This document shows, one piece after another, positions 18,245 to 26,993 of a stretch of 32,000 nucleotides of DNA. A program made the position numbers and the translations under genes. A model generated the notes under the pieces. It was not told the origin of the DNA and searched no databases. It saw only the letters and a program-made list of their open reading frames with translations. Every line of letters starts with the position of its first letter. Position 1 is the stretch's first letter. Source of the DNA: Aeropyrum pernix K1 (lineage in GTDB: Archaea; Thermoproteota; Thermoprotei_A; Sulfolobales; Acidilobaceae); contig NC_000854.2 of NCBI RefSeq assembly GCF_000011125.1, forward strand, positions 1,500,001 through 1,532,000. Direction: 5' to 3'.

Positions 18245-18790
18245 GTGCCTGATGGCGGGAAGAAGCTCCCTGGTACATACCTGAGCGAGAAGGATCTCAG
18301 GGCCCTCCCGGGCCTGGTGGAGCATACTCCCGACGCCAAGTACATGTTCTCCGCTGGCCAGGCTCAGAGCAGGTTCCTGCAGGGCCTCAGGGAGGGGAAG
18401 ATACTTGGCGTCAAGTGCCCGCGCTGCGGAAGAGTCTACGTGCCACCAAGGAGCTACTGCGAGTACTGCTTCGCCCCTACTGGAGAGTGGGTTGAGGTGA
18501 GCGGTGAGGGGGAGGTCCACACGGCTGTGGTGAGCTATATATCGACTTTTAGGGAGAGGATGGAGAAGCCCGAGATAATAGCTGTGGTGAGGCTCTACGC
18601 TCCAGGCTACACTGGGAAGAGAGATGAGTACGAGTTCCCCGGTATGTTCCACAAGCTCTGCGGCGTGAGCGAGGAAGACGTCAAGACTGGAAGGGTGATA
18701 GGGATGAGGGTTAAGCCTAAGTGGAGGCCCCCTGAGGAGAGGATAGGCAGCGTCACCGATATAGAGTGTTTCGAGCCCGTGAAGAGCTAG
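18245..18790 (+). CDS. DUF35 / OB-fold acyl-CoA-associated protein with complete zinc ribbon
   Basis: FLQGLREGKILGVKCPRCGRVYVPPRSYCEYCFAPTGEWVEVSGEGEVHTAVVSY (C-x2-C...C-x2-C). Confidence 0.88.
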   Translation: MPDGGKKLPGTYLSEKDLRALPGLVEHTPDAKYMFSAGQAQSRFLQGLREGKILGVKCPRCGRVYVPPRSYCEYCFAPTGEWVEVSGEGEVHTAVVSYISTFRERMEKPEIIAVVRLYAPGYTGKRDEYEFPGMFHKLCGVSEEDVKTGRVIGMRVKPKWRPPEERIGSVTDIECFEPVKS

Positions 18791-18794
18791 GGGG

Positions 18795-19268
18795 GTGGTC
18801 GTGGTGAACGCCCAGTGGAGTAAGAACCCGTGGAACGTGTACAAGTTCCCGGGAAGGATGGAGGTTGAGAAGTACGTATACACCCCGGGGCTGCACGGGC
18901 TAGAGTTCGCCAAGGCGTTGAAGGAGGGCAGGATAGTTGGGACGAAGTGTGGGGACACGGTGTATGTGCCCCCGACAACCTTCTGCCCCGACATGAGCAG
19001 GGGTGAGGTGGCCGAGGTCCTGGGGCCCTGGTATATCGAGTCTTATACTATAGTGTACGAGAGCCTGGACGGCAAGCCTCTGGAGAAGCCGGTCGTCATC
19101 GCGGTTATCGCTCCGGAGGATGCGGAGGGCGCTCTAGTCCACTACGTAGACGCCGACCCCGACGAGGTTTACATAGGCATGCCTGTGGAGCCCGTGTTCA
19201 AGCCTCCAGAGGAGAGGAGCGGAAACATACTGGACATACTACACTTCAAACCCACAGCCCAGTCATAA
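18795..19268 (+). CDS. Second DUF35-like OB-fold protein with incomplete zinc ribbon
   Basis: FAKALKEGRIVGTKCGDTVYVPPTTFCPDMSRGEVAEVLGPWYIESYTIVYESLDGKPLEKPVVIAVI; only two of four ribbon cysteines. Confidence 0.8.
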   Translation: MVVVNAQWSKNPWNVYKFPGRMEVEKYVYTPGLHGLEFAKALKEGRIVGTKCGDTVYVPPTTFCPDMSRGEVAEVLGPWYIESYTIVYESLDGKPLEKPVVIAVIAPEDAEGALVHYVDADPDEVYIGMPVEPVFKPPEERSGNILDILHFKPTAQS

Positions 19269-19403
19269 ACCCTGGAAGCCTCCCCCCAACTCACCACATT
19301 TTAAACCCTCCACCCTATTCTACCCTACACCTGGAGCTCCTCCTAAGAGGGAGCGTACCCCTGGTTCCCGCCCGCAGGCTGCTCGGCGGGGGAGTGGTGC
19401 GTC

Positions 19404-21938
19404 TTGAAGAGCAGGGTGGAGATAGAGCGAGAGGCTATCGAGGTGCTGAAGGATCTCAACAAGGCCGCCGGACCAGGGTTTACAAGGCTGGTGAGGCTTG
19501 TAGGCGCCGCCCTGAGGGCGGCGATACCTAAGAGGCATAGGGTGATGGTAGTCATCAGCGGCTCCGACCCTGTAAGGGTGGGCGCTGGCACCGCCAGGCT
19601 CCTCCTCTACTTTGAGAGGGTTTACCGCAGGACCGTTGAGAGGAGGCCCCTCAAGGTGCTCTACATGTTCCACGACGAGTTCGACGACGCCAGGCTCAGG
19701 AAGGAGATTGTGAAGAGGGCTGTCAAGGAGAAGGGGAGCATGCTAGAGCAGGTTACCGCTAGGTACGAGGAGAGCGACAGGTACTTGGGGACAACGTTCC
19801 AGGCGCTCGTCCTGGACCTGACCAACGATCTAAAGCCTAACGACGTGGGGAGGCTGGTGGAGGTTGTCGAGGGAGGCGGCCTCATAATACTGCAGGCGCC
19901 CTCCTGGGAGAGGTGGGACACGGCTCTCACGCTCTTCAAGAAGAACCTCCTGGTCCCGGGGCATGAGGAGCCCAGGCACATATTCATTTCCTGGTTTAAG
20001 AGGAAGCTCCTCGAGCATAACAGGGGTATCATAGTCTACGACGCCGACTCCAGGAAGATACTGAGCGGGGAGCCCGAGGATCCGGGAGAATACAGGAGGC
20101 GGGAGCCCAAGCCTCCCAAGAAGAGCCTCTTCCCGCCGGAGGTCTACAGGCTGGCGCTCACGCAGGACCAGCTTGAGGCGGTCAGGCTGATGGAGTGGCT
20201 CTACGACAAGCCGCCTCGTGGTAGGAAGAAGATGATTGTGATAACGGCCGATAGGGGGCGGGGGAAGAGCAGTGCACTCGGCATCGGCCTGGTTGCCCTG
20301 GCCCACGAGCTTGGCAAGGTTAAGCATAGGGTGAGGATCATAGTGACCGCCCCTAGCCCGAGCAACGTCCAGAGCCTCATGGAGCTGGCTATAAAGACCG
20401 CCGAGACTCTGGGCTTGGAGCCGAAGCCCGTCAGGAGGGGGGGCCGGATAATAGAGGTTCAGGGGAGGAAGTTCAGCCTCGAGTACTGGGAGCCGGCCAC
20501 CGTTGTGAGGCTCCAGGGGGACATAGTGGCGGTTGACGAGGCAAGCGGCATACACGTACCCCTCCTCCACAAGATATGGAGGGCGCATAGGAGGCTCGTG
20601 TTCTCGGCCACGATACACGGCTACGAGGGCGCGGGCAGGGGCTTCAACGTAAGATTCCTCTCCGCCGTGAAGAAGAGCGGCGACACCATCATAAGGGAGT
20701 TCAAGATGGAGGAGCCCATTAGGTATGCCCCCGGCGACCCGATAGAGAGATGGCTCTACAACACCCTACTCCTAAACGCAGAGCCGGCGGAGCTCGACGA
20801 GGACGACCTGAGGGATATAAGGGAGGGGAGGCTCGAGTACCTCAGGCTCGACCCCCAGTGGCTGTTCAGCCCCGAGGGCGAGGAGACGCTGAGGCAGCTT
20901 TTCGGCATCTACGTGCTCGCCCACTACAGGAACGAGCCCGACGACCTGGGGATGCTGGCGGACGCCCCTCACCATAGCATAAGGGCTGTGAGGACCGCGG
21001 GTAAGGGCAAGATAGTTAGCGCAGCCCAGGTTGCGGAGGAAGGCGGCCTGGGGGAGGAGCTCATAGACAGGCTGCTTAGGGGGGAGAAGATAGCGGGCAA
21101 CATCATACCCGACAGGATGCTCAAGCACGCCAGGATAAGGGAGTTCGGCAGGATGGTGGGATGGAGGATAGTTAGGATAGCCACCCACCCGGAGGTCCAG
21201 GGCCGGGGTATTGGTAGCTGGCTCCTGGAAAGGCTCTACGAGGAGAGCGTCGAGAGGGGCTACGACTGGCTGGGCAGCGGCTTCGGCATAAACGAGCAGC
21301 TCCTAAGGTTCTGGCTCAGGAACGGCTTCCTAGTGCTCCACCTCAGCCCTGATAGGAACCCGGTGAGCGGAGAGTATACGAGCCTGGTCATGAAGCCCAT
21401 AACCGGCAGGGCCAGGGCGGCGATAATGATAGCGGCTAGGGAGTTCAAGCTGAAGCTCCTCAACAGCCTCCACGACACCTACAGGGATATGGAGCTTGAG
21501 GACGCTATGCTCCTCCTCGAGATGGAGCCGAGGGCTCTGGAGCCGGGTTACAGGCCCAGGCTCACCAGGATACAGCTTGACAGGCTGTGGATATACAACT
21601 ACGGGCCCATGACCTACGAAGCCGCGACAGACGTTATACACGAGCTGGCTATGGCGTATTGGAAGATGGAGCCAGAGGCCAGGCCGAGGCTAGGCGATCT
21701 GGAGAGGAGGGTTCTCGTCGCCAAGGTACTGCAGGCTAAGAGCTGGGGCGAGGTGGCCCAGGAGCTGGGGGTCAGGGAGCACAAGGTCATGACAACGCTT
21801 AAAGAAGCGGTCAGGAGAATGTCCCGGGAGCTCTTCGGCCTCGCCGAAGACTCTAGAGTCGGGGTGGAGCTGCATGAGCTTGGCCAGCATGGGGAAGGGG
21901 AGCTGCGAGATATACAGGCTGGACCCAGAGAGGCCTGA
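19404..21938 (+). CDS. tmcA: tRNA(Met) cytidine acetyltransferase TmcA
   Basis: MIVITADRGRGKSSALGIGLVAL (Walker A), VVRLQGDIVAVDEASGIHVPLL, LVFSATIHGYEGAGRGFNVRF, IATHPEVQGRGIGSWLLERL (GNAT) and WLGSGFGINEQLLRFWLRNGFLVLHL. Confidence 0.93.
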   Translation: MKSRVEIEREAIEVLKDLNKAAGPGFTRLVRLVGAALRAAIPKRHRVMVVISGSDPVRVGAGTARLLLYFERVYRRTVERRPLKVLYMFHDEFDDARLRKEIVKRAVKEKGSMLEQVTARYEESDRYLGTTFQALVLDLTNDLKPNDVGRLVEVVEGGGLIILQAPSWERWDTALTLFKKNLLVPGHEEPRHIFISWFKRKLLEHNRGIIVYDADSRKILSGEPEDPGEYRRREPKPPKKSLFPPEVYRLALTQDQLEAVRLMEWLYDKPPRGRKKMIVITADRGRGKSSALGIGLVALAHELGKVKHRVRIIVTAPSPSNVQSLMELAIKTAETLGLEPKPVRRGGRIIEVQGRKFSLEYWEPATVVRLQGDIVAVDEASGIHVPLLHKIWRAHRRLVFSATIHGYEGAGRGFNVRFLSAVKKSGDTIIREFKMEEPIRYAPGDPIERWLYNTLLLNAEPAELDEDDLRDIREGRLEYLRLDPQWLFSPEGEETLRQLFGIYVLAHYRNEPDDLGMLADAPHHSIRAVRTAGKGKIVSAAQVAEEGGLGEELIDRLLRGEKIAGNIIPDRMLKHARIREFGRMVGWRIVRIATHPEVQGRGIGSWLLERLYEESVERGYDWLGSGFGINEQLLRFWLRNGFLVLHLSPDRNPVSGEYTSLVMKPITGRARAAIMIAAREFKLKLLNSLHDTYRDMELEDAMLLLEMEPRALEPGYRPRLTRIQLDRLWIYNYGPMTYEAATDVIHELAMAYWKMEPEARPRLGDLERRVLVAKVLQAKSWGEVAQELGVREHKVMTTLKEAVRRMSRELFGLAEDSRVGVELHELGQHGEGELRDIQAGPREA

Positions 21939-22977
21939 CAGGAGGGCTATAGAGAGGGCGGCCGAGGTCCTGAGGCGAGGGGGGCTGGTGGCGTTCCCGA
22001 CGGAGACTGTCTACGGCCTGGGGGCTGACGCCCTGAACCCGAGGGCCGCCGCAAGGATATTTGAGGTGAAGGGGAGGCCCCCCGACAACCCCCTGATAGT
22101 ACACGTGTCCAGCCTGGAGATGGCCAGGACTGTGGCCGAGATCCCTGGTAAGGCTCTTAGACTTGTAGAGAAGCTCTGGCCAGGACCCCTGACGCTCGTG
22201 CTGCCGAGGAAGCCTGTAGTGCCGGATATAGTCACAGCTGGCCTAGAAACCGTGGCCGTGAGAATGCCCGCCCACAAGGTTGCCCTAGAGCTGGTGAAGG
22301 CTGCTGGCAGGCCTGTTGCGGCGCCGAGCGCTAACCCCAGCGGGAGGCCCAGCCCAACAAGTGGAGAGCATGTAATAAGGGATCTTGACTGCATGGTCGA
22401 CGTCATACTGGACGCGGGGGAAACCTACTTCGGCGTCGAGTCCACAATAATAGATCTAACGCGGACGCCCCCAGTGCTCCTAAGGCCCGGCCCAATACCC
22501 GTCGAGGTCCTTGAACGGCTGTTGGAGGAGAAGATACTCGTGCCCCCCGAGGCGCGAGGCCTGAGGGCCGCGGACAGGCCTCTGGCGCCGGGCATGAAGT
22601 ACAGGCACTACGCCCCCGACACTCCACTCATACTGGTGGACACGAGCCCTGGAGCTGTCGAGAGGATTGTTGAGGCTGCTGTTAGGGAGGTGGCGAGGGC
22701 CCGGGGGCTCCGGGTTGCCCTGGTCGGCCCCGACGAGCTTGTCGACGTTGTAGCCCTTCTTCTAAGGCTCCGTGGCGTGGAACCGGCGGCGATCTTCAGG
22801 CTGGGTCCTCTCGCCGATACTACTGTCGCCGCCAGGAGGCTGTTCAAAACCCTGCGCCGCATAGACGAGCTCGGCAACATCGATGTCGCCATAGTACTGC
22901 CGTTCCCGGAAAGGGGGATAGGCCTAGCTGTCATGAACAGGCTTAGAAAAGCAGCGTCTAGAAGGGTTGGAGCCTAG
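21874..22977 (+). CDS. sua5: Sua5/YrdC/YwlC family threonylcarbamoyladenylate synthase
   Basis: RRGGLVAFPTETVYGLGADALNPRAAARIFEVKGRPPDNPLIVHVSS...GPLTLVLPRK...RMPAHKVALELV...APSANPSGRPSPTSGEHV, plus a C-terminal Sua5 domain (RPLAPGMKYRHYAPDTPLILV). Confidence 0.95.
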   Translation: MSLASMGKGSCEIYRLDPERPDRRAIERAAEVLRRGGLVAFPTETVYGLGADALNPRAAARIFEVKGRPPDNPLIVHVSSLEMARTVAEIPGKALRLVEKLWPGPLTLVLPRKPVVPDIVTAGLETVAVRMPAHKVALELVKAAGRPVAAPSANPSGRPSPTSGEHVIRDLDCMVDVILDAGETYFGVESTIIDLTRTPPVLLRPGPIPVEVLERLLEEKILVPPEARGLRAADRPLAPGMKYRHYAPDTPLILVDTSPGAVERIVEAAVREVARARGLRVALVGPDELVDVVALLLRLRGVEPAAIFRLGPLADTTVAARRLFKTLRRIDELGNIDVAIVLPFPERGIGLAVMNRLRKAASRRVGA

Positions 22978-23000
22978 AGTGATCCAGCCACAGCGGCAAG

Positions 23001-24383
23001 CTAGCCGCGGGCGACCCTCCTGGCTATATCCACTATGACACGGGCCACATCCACGGCGGTCCTACCGAGTATCCTCACCATAGGCTCCTTCCCCACTTCA
23101 CCCTCGTCATATATCACGTCCGGAAGCCTGCCGAGGCTCTCGTAAGCGCTCCTAAGCATCCAGGGGAGAGTCCCGCCTTCGCGAGCCTTAACGTCGGGCG
23201 GTTCAGCGCGCCTGTCACCTCTGTAGGTGAGGAGGCCGAGGTCCTCTGCAGCCCTTACTACATCCTTTGAATATTTGATGTTGCCCGCCGCCCGGATGTC
23301 GGGGTTAACGCTCATGGCTGCAAGGACCAGGCGGGCCATATGCCTCGAGGCTCCGAACTCCGGCTTACCCTTAAAGACCAGCCTCCCCATGTGGACCCCT
23401 ATCCTGCCCGGGAATGCAGCCACGTCCAAGGGGGTCCTGGCGTAGGGGTATGGGATGGCCATTGCAATGTTCATGAGGACCTCAGGAACTAGGGTGTGGA
23501 CAACGTCTTCAGCCTGCCTCAGAGTCTCCCCCGCCTTCTCTAGGTTCTCGAGGACCTCCCACCTACCAGCGGGTATTGCCTGCCAGGCCACAGGGTTTAC
23601 GGGGCCGTGGCCACCTCCTATCTCCAGCCCGTAATCTACGGCGACTGTTATGAACTTCTTGGCAACATCCACCGCCTCCTCCACGCTTCTCCCCTTCGCC
23701 AGCCCGGCGGCTATGGCGGCGCTGAAGGCGCAGCCCGTGCCGTGGGTTGTAGCCTTCTCTATCCTCCGCTCCTTGAAGAGCCTGTACTCCCCCCTGTGGT
23801 ATAGGACGTCCACCACGTACTCCCCCCTGAGGTGGCCTCCCTTGACGACAGCCGCCTCCGCCCCCAGCTCCTCTACTATGATCCTAGCCGCCTCCCTAGC
23901 TGTGTCGAGGTCTACGACCTTTACGCCGGTGAGGACCTCGGCCTCGGGGGCGTTCGGCGTTACAATTGTTGCACGGGGTATCACGAGTTTCTTCAACGCT
24001 TCCTCCGCCTCGGGCTTGAGCAGCCTGGCCCCGCTCTTGGCAACCATAACCGGGTCTACAACAAGGGGGAAGCCGTACTCGTCAACCACCTCGGCCACAG
24101 CCTTGATTATCCCCGTGTTGCTGAGCATGCCCGTCTTAGCGGCGTCCACCCCCAGGTCGTCGGCCACAGCCTCTACCTGGGCCTTCACAACATCTGGAGG
24201 CACGTCGTGTATAGCCCTGACCTCCATGGTGTTCTGGGCTGTAATGCTTGTTATGGCGGAGGCGCCGTGGACGCCCATGACGGCGAACGTCTTGAGATCG
24301 GCCTGTATACCCGCACCTCCACCGCTGTCGCTGCCCGCGATTGTAAGTGCGACGGGGATCCTAGTCTTCCTAACGGGGGGCAT
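23001..24383 (-). CDS. thiDN: Bifunctional hydroxymethylpyrimidine (phosphate) kinase ThiD fused to ThiN (thiamine-phosphate synthase)
   Basis: VALTIAGSDSGGGAGIQADLKTFAVMGVHGASAITSITAQNT...HGTGCAFSAAIAAGLAKG, then ThiN-like VPEVLMNIAMAIPYPYARTPLDVAAFPGRI...MARLVLAAMSVNPDIRAAGNIKYS. ATG at 24383 follows GGGAGGTG. Confidence 0.92.
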   Translation of the reverse strand: MPPVRKTRIPVALTIAGSDSGGGAGIQADLKTFAVMGVHGASAITSITAQNTMEVRAIHDVPPDVVKAQVEAVADDLGVDAAKTGMLSNTGIIKAVAEVVDEYGFPLVVDPVMVAKSGARLLKPEAEEALKKLVIPRATIVTPNAPEAEVLTGVKVVDLDTAREAARIIVEELGAEAAVVKGGHLRGEYVVDVLYHRGEYRLFKERRIEKATTHGTGCAFSAAIAAGLAKGRSVEEAVDVAKKFITVAVDYGLEIGGGHGPVNPVAWQAIPAGRWEVLENLEKAGETLRQAEDVVHTLVPEVLMNIAMAIPYPYARTPLDVAAFPGRIGVHMGRLVFKGKPEFGASRHMARLVLAAMSVNPDIRAAGNIKYSKDVVRAAEDLGLLTYRGDRRAEPPDVKAREGGTLPWMLRSAYESLGRLPDVIYDEGEVGKEPMVRILGRTAVDVARVIVDIARRVARG

Positions 24384-24464
24384 AGACCAGCACACCTCCC
24401 GACCTTGATCCTGTGTTACTTTTTACGCTCTAGTAGTAAAGACTCTTAGCAAATACCCTGCGTG

Positions 24465-25121
24465 CTAGGGGAGGCCCAGCAAAAGCCCTCCCGCCAGGGA
24501 GGCGAGCACCGCTGCAGCAGCAGCCGCATCCCAAGCCCCAGGCCTCCGGACACCGCGAAGACCCCAGTTTCCACGCCTCTCCGCCGGTACCTTGGCGGCT
24601 ATGGCCTCAGCCAGCACAGCTGATGAAGTGAAGGCCGAGGCCAGGAGGGGCACTGCCAGGCCCGCCACCGCCCTCCACCCCCTAAGCCCCCTCCCCCTGA
24701 GGGCGTCGAGGGCCTCTAGCACCTGGCTGATGGAGGCGTCTGCCTGCCTTGCTATGAGTACGGGGAGAACGGCTATCCTGGGGCTAACCCCCATTGCCTC
24801 TAGGAGGCGCCGTAGCTCGTGGAGACCCACCATGGATAGGCTCCCGCTGGATGCCAGGGCTACCGAGAGGACTCTGAGGGAGGTGTCGACCGCAGTCTCT
24901 AGGCCGTGGAATATCCAGACTACAGCAACTGTCGGCACGGCCAGCCAGAGAACGAGGCCTGGGGCGCGGGTGAAGACCCCTCCCGCCAGTGCTAGGGAGG
25001 CGCCTAGGAGGGTTGCCGTTATGGGCTTGTCTAGGTATAATAGGGTGAAAACAGCGGCTATCGCTAGAACCGCTGTAACCGGGTGTAGCCTGGGCTTCAC
25101 CGCGTGACACCTAAAACGCAC
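24465..25121 (-). CDS. ECF transporter transmembrane component (EcfT/CbiQ-like)
   Basis: Multi-span hydrophobic protein with VADQASISQVLEALDALRGRGLRGWRAVAGLAVPLLASAFTSSAVLAEAIAAK (coupling-helix-like). Confidence 0.75.
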   Translation of the reverse strand: MRFRCHAVKPRLHPVTAVLAIAAVFTLLYLDKPITATLLGASLALAGGVFTRAPGLVLWLAVPTVAVVWIFHGLETAVDTSLRVLSVALASSGSLSMVGLHELRRLLEAMGVSPRIAVLPVLIARQADASISQVLEALDALRGRGLRGWRAVAGLAVPLLASAFTSSAVLAEAIAAKVPAERRGNWGLRGVRRPGAWDAAAAAAVLASLAGGLLLGLP

Positions 25122-25801
25122 CTGGCAGTGCAGAGAGGGTCTAGACCCCGCTCCAGAGCAGCCTTAACCGCAGGCCCAGGCTCAAGCCCCAGACCGGTCT
25201 CCTCCGGTAGCATCCGTAGAACCCTCTCCATATCACCCGAAACCCTAACCCTGCCGTCCCTTAGGATGACGGCCCAGCCCGCCACGGCTGCAGCGAAATC
25301 TATGTCGTGGCCCGCAACGAGGACAGGCACGCCCAGCCTAGCTATGAGGCTTGCCAGCCACCTCTTCCCACTACCGTCCAGACCGCTTGTAGGCTCGTCG
25401 ATAACCACCGCCTCCGGCCCCCAAGATATGGCCATGAGGACTGAGAGTATCCTGGCCTCCCCCATGCTGAGCGTGTATGGACTCCTCTCCGAAGCGTACT
25501 CTAGTCCCGCCTCCCTCAGCAGCTTAAGCGCCTCTCCCCTCCCGCCCGCAGTCCTGGCGAGGTCCTCAGCCACTGTAGGGCCTAGGAAGCCTAGGTAGGG
25601 GTTCTGTAGCGCCGCCCCCACCCTCCTGGGCCCCTCGACGCTGCCCCTATCCGGCTTGAGCAGCCTTGCGGCGAGTTTTAGGAGTGTGGTCTTGCCGCTC
25701 CCGTTGGCTCCCAGAATGGCTGTTACGCCTCGGGGTATTGAGAGCGTCACATCCCTAAGCCTCCCCCTAACCGTCACCCCTCGGAACACCCATACTCGCA
25801 A
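25097..25801 (-). CDS. ECF transporter ATPase subunit
   Basis: GVTAILGANGSGKTTLLKLAARLL (Walker A), YTLSMGEARILSVLMAISWGPEAVVIDEPTSGLDGSG (signature and Walker B). Confidence 0.9.
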   Translation of the reverse strand: MRVWVFRGVTVRGRLRDVTLSIPRGVTAILGANGSGKTTLLKLAARLLKPDRGSVEGPRRVGAALQNPYLGFLGPTVAEDLARTAGGRGEALKLLREAGLEYASERSPYTLSMGEARILSVLMAISWGPEAVVIDEPTSGLDGSGKRWLASLIARLGVPVLVAGHDIDFAAAVAGWAVILRDGRVRVSGDMERVLRMLPEETGLGLEPGPAVKAALERGLDPLCTARCVLGVTR

Positions 25802-26487
25802 CCATCAACACCCCGCAGGCCGGGCTCCAGAATGCCCGCCAGGACCTCGACCGCCTCACCAGGCCCAAGCTGCTTGGCCCTTCCGTCGTACACGAGGTAC
25901 ACGCTGCTGGCGGCAGGCAGGAGATAGTGGACCCTATGCTCCGCCACAACCACTCCCTCAACGTCCAGCCTTCGCAGCAGCCTGATCAGGCTCTCAACCC
26001 CGAGGGGGTCCTGGTAGGCGAGGGGCTCGTCCATAAGCAGCACCTCGGCACCCAGCGCTAGGGCGCTTGCTATGGCGACCCTCTGCCTCTCTCCCGCGGA
26101 GAGTTTGGAGACCCTTCTGTCCAGGAGGTCCTCGATGCCGAGCTCCTCGGCGAGCCTCACAGCCTCCCTCCTAGCCTCCCAGGGCGGGAGCCCCGAGGCC
26201 TCGTAGCAGTACTCCAGCTCCTCCCTGGGTGTGAGCGAGAGTATGAAGAGATCGTAATCCTGGGGGACTAGCACGGGCTTACCACGGGCCTCCACCTCCC
26301 CTCTCAAATAACCCCCATATATCCTTGTGGCCAGCCCCGCGGCAACCCTTAGTATCGTAGACTTCCCGCCCCCCGTGGGGCCGGCGAGAAGCGTTATACC
26401 CCGGGGAGCCTCTAGGCTGACGCCCCTCAAAACCCACCCGCCACCAGGGTAGCGGTACCAAACATCCCTGAGGCGGACCACGCTCAA
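25774..26487 (-). CDS. ECF transporter ATPase subunit
   Basis: GITLLAGPTGGGKSTILRVAAGLA, VSKLSAGERQRVAIASALALGAEVLLMDEPLAYQDP. TTG start at 26487 overlaps the upstream stop (TTGA). Confidence 0.9.
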   Translation of the reverse strand: MSVVRLRDVWYRYPGGGWVLRGVSLEAPRGITLLAGPTGGGKSTILRVAAGLATRIYGGYLRGEVEARGKPVLVPQDYDLFILSLTPREELEYCYEASGLPPWEARREAVRLAEELGIEDLLDRRVSKLSAGERQRVAIASALALGAEVLLMDEPLAYQDPLGVESLIRLLRRLDVEGVVVAEHRVHYLLPAASSVYLVYDGRAKQLGPGEAVEVLAGILEPGLRGVDGCEYGCSEG

Positions 26488-26993
26488 ACCCTCCACACCC
26501 TCCCCAAAACCTCCCCCAGGATAGCCACCATCCTGGCCTCCCTCGCAGCTATACCACACCCCAAACCCAGGCTCCCGCCCAGGTAGGCGTTCACAACGCT
26601 GGCCTTATGTGAAGACACGGCTTTCAGCAGCAGGCCTAGGCTGCCGGAGTGGAGGTGTATCGTGGCGTCGTTGACGACAAGAACGTCGCCAGGCTCCACA
26701 GCAGCTCTCTCCAGGACTCTACTGGTCTGCTCTGCGTTGTGGCGGGCCAGCTCCCAGGCCAGCCTGCAGTCTCCCCGGGACTCTAGCCTGGGCGCCCTCA
26801 GCCCCCGGGGCCTTAGAACCCTGGCCCCGGGTATGGGAGGGAGGGGCTTTCCAACGCCCGCCACGTCGGGGGCTAGGTCTACGGCCACTATTTCCAGACC
26901 AAGCCCTGCTAGAAGGCTGGCTATATGCCACGTCAGCCTCGTCTTACCCCTCCCCTGCTCCCCCACTATCAGGAGGCCTGAGCCGTACAACAC
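26484..26993 (-). CDS. Small P-loop NTPase-like protein of unknown role inside the thiamine ECF operon
   Basis: LLIVGEQGRGKTRLTWHIASLLAGLGLEIVAVDL (Walker A) and PGDVLVVNDATIHLH (possible Walker B). Overlaps both flanking genes. Confidence 0.75.
   Translation of the reverse strand: MLYGSGLLIVGEQGRGKTRLTWHIASLLAGLGLEIVAVDLAPDVAGVGKPLPPIPGARVLRPRGLRAPRLESRGDCRLAWELARHNAEQTSRVLERAAVEPGDVLVVNDATIHLHSGSLGLLLKAVSSHKASVVNAYLGGSLGLGCGIAAREARMVAILGEVLGRVWRV

Noticed and set aside
19830-20618. 262-aa minus-strand ORF inside tmcA
   Set aside because: Mirrors TmcA codons, has no domain features, and the opposite strand encodes clear Walker and GNAT motifs.
23650-24408. 252-aa plus-strand ORF opposite thiDN
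   Set aside because: Ser/Thr/Ala-rich antisense translation; ThiD and ThiN motifs on the minus strand are unambiguous.
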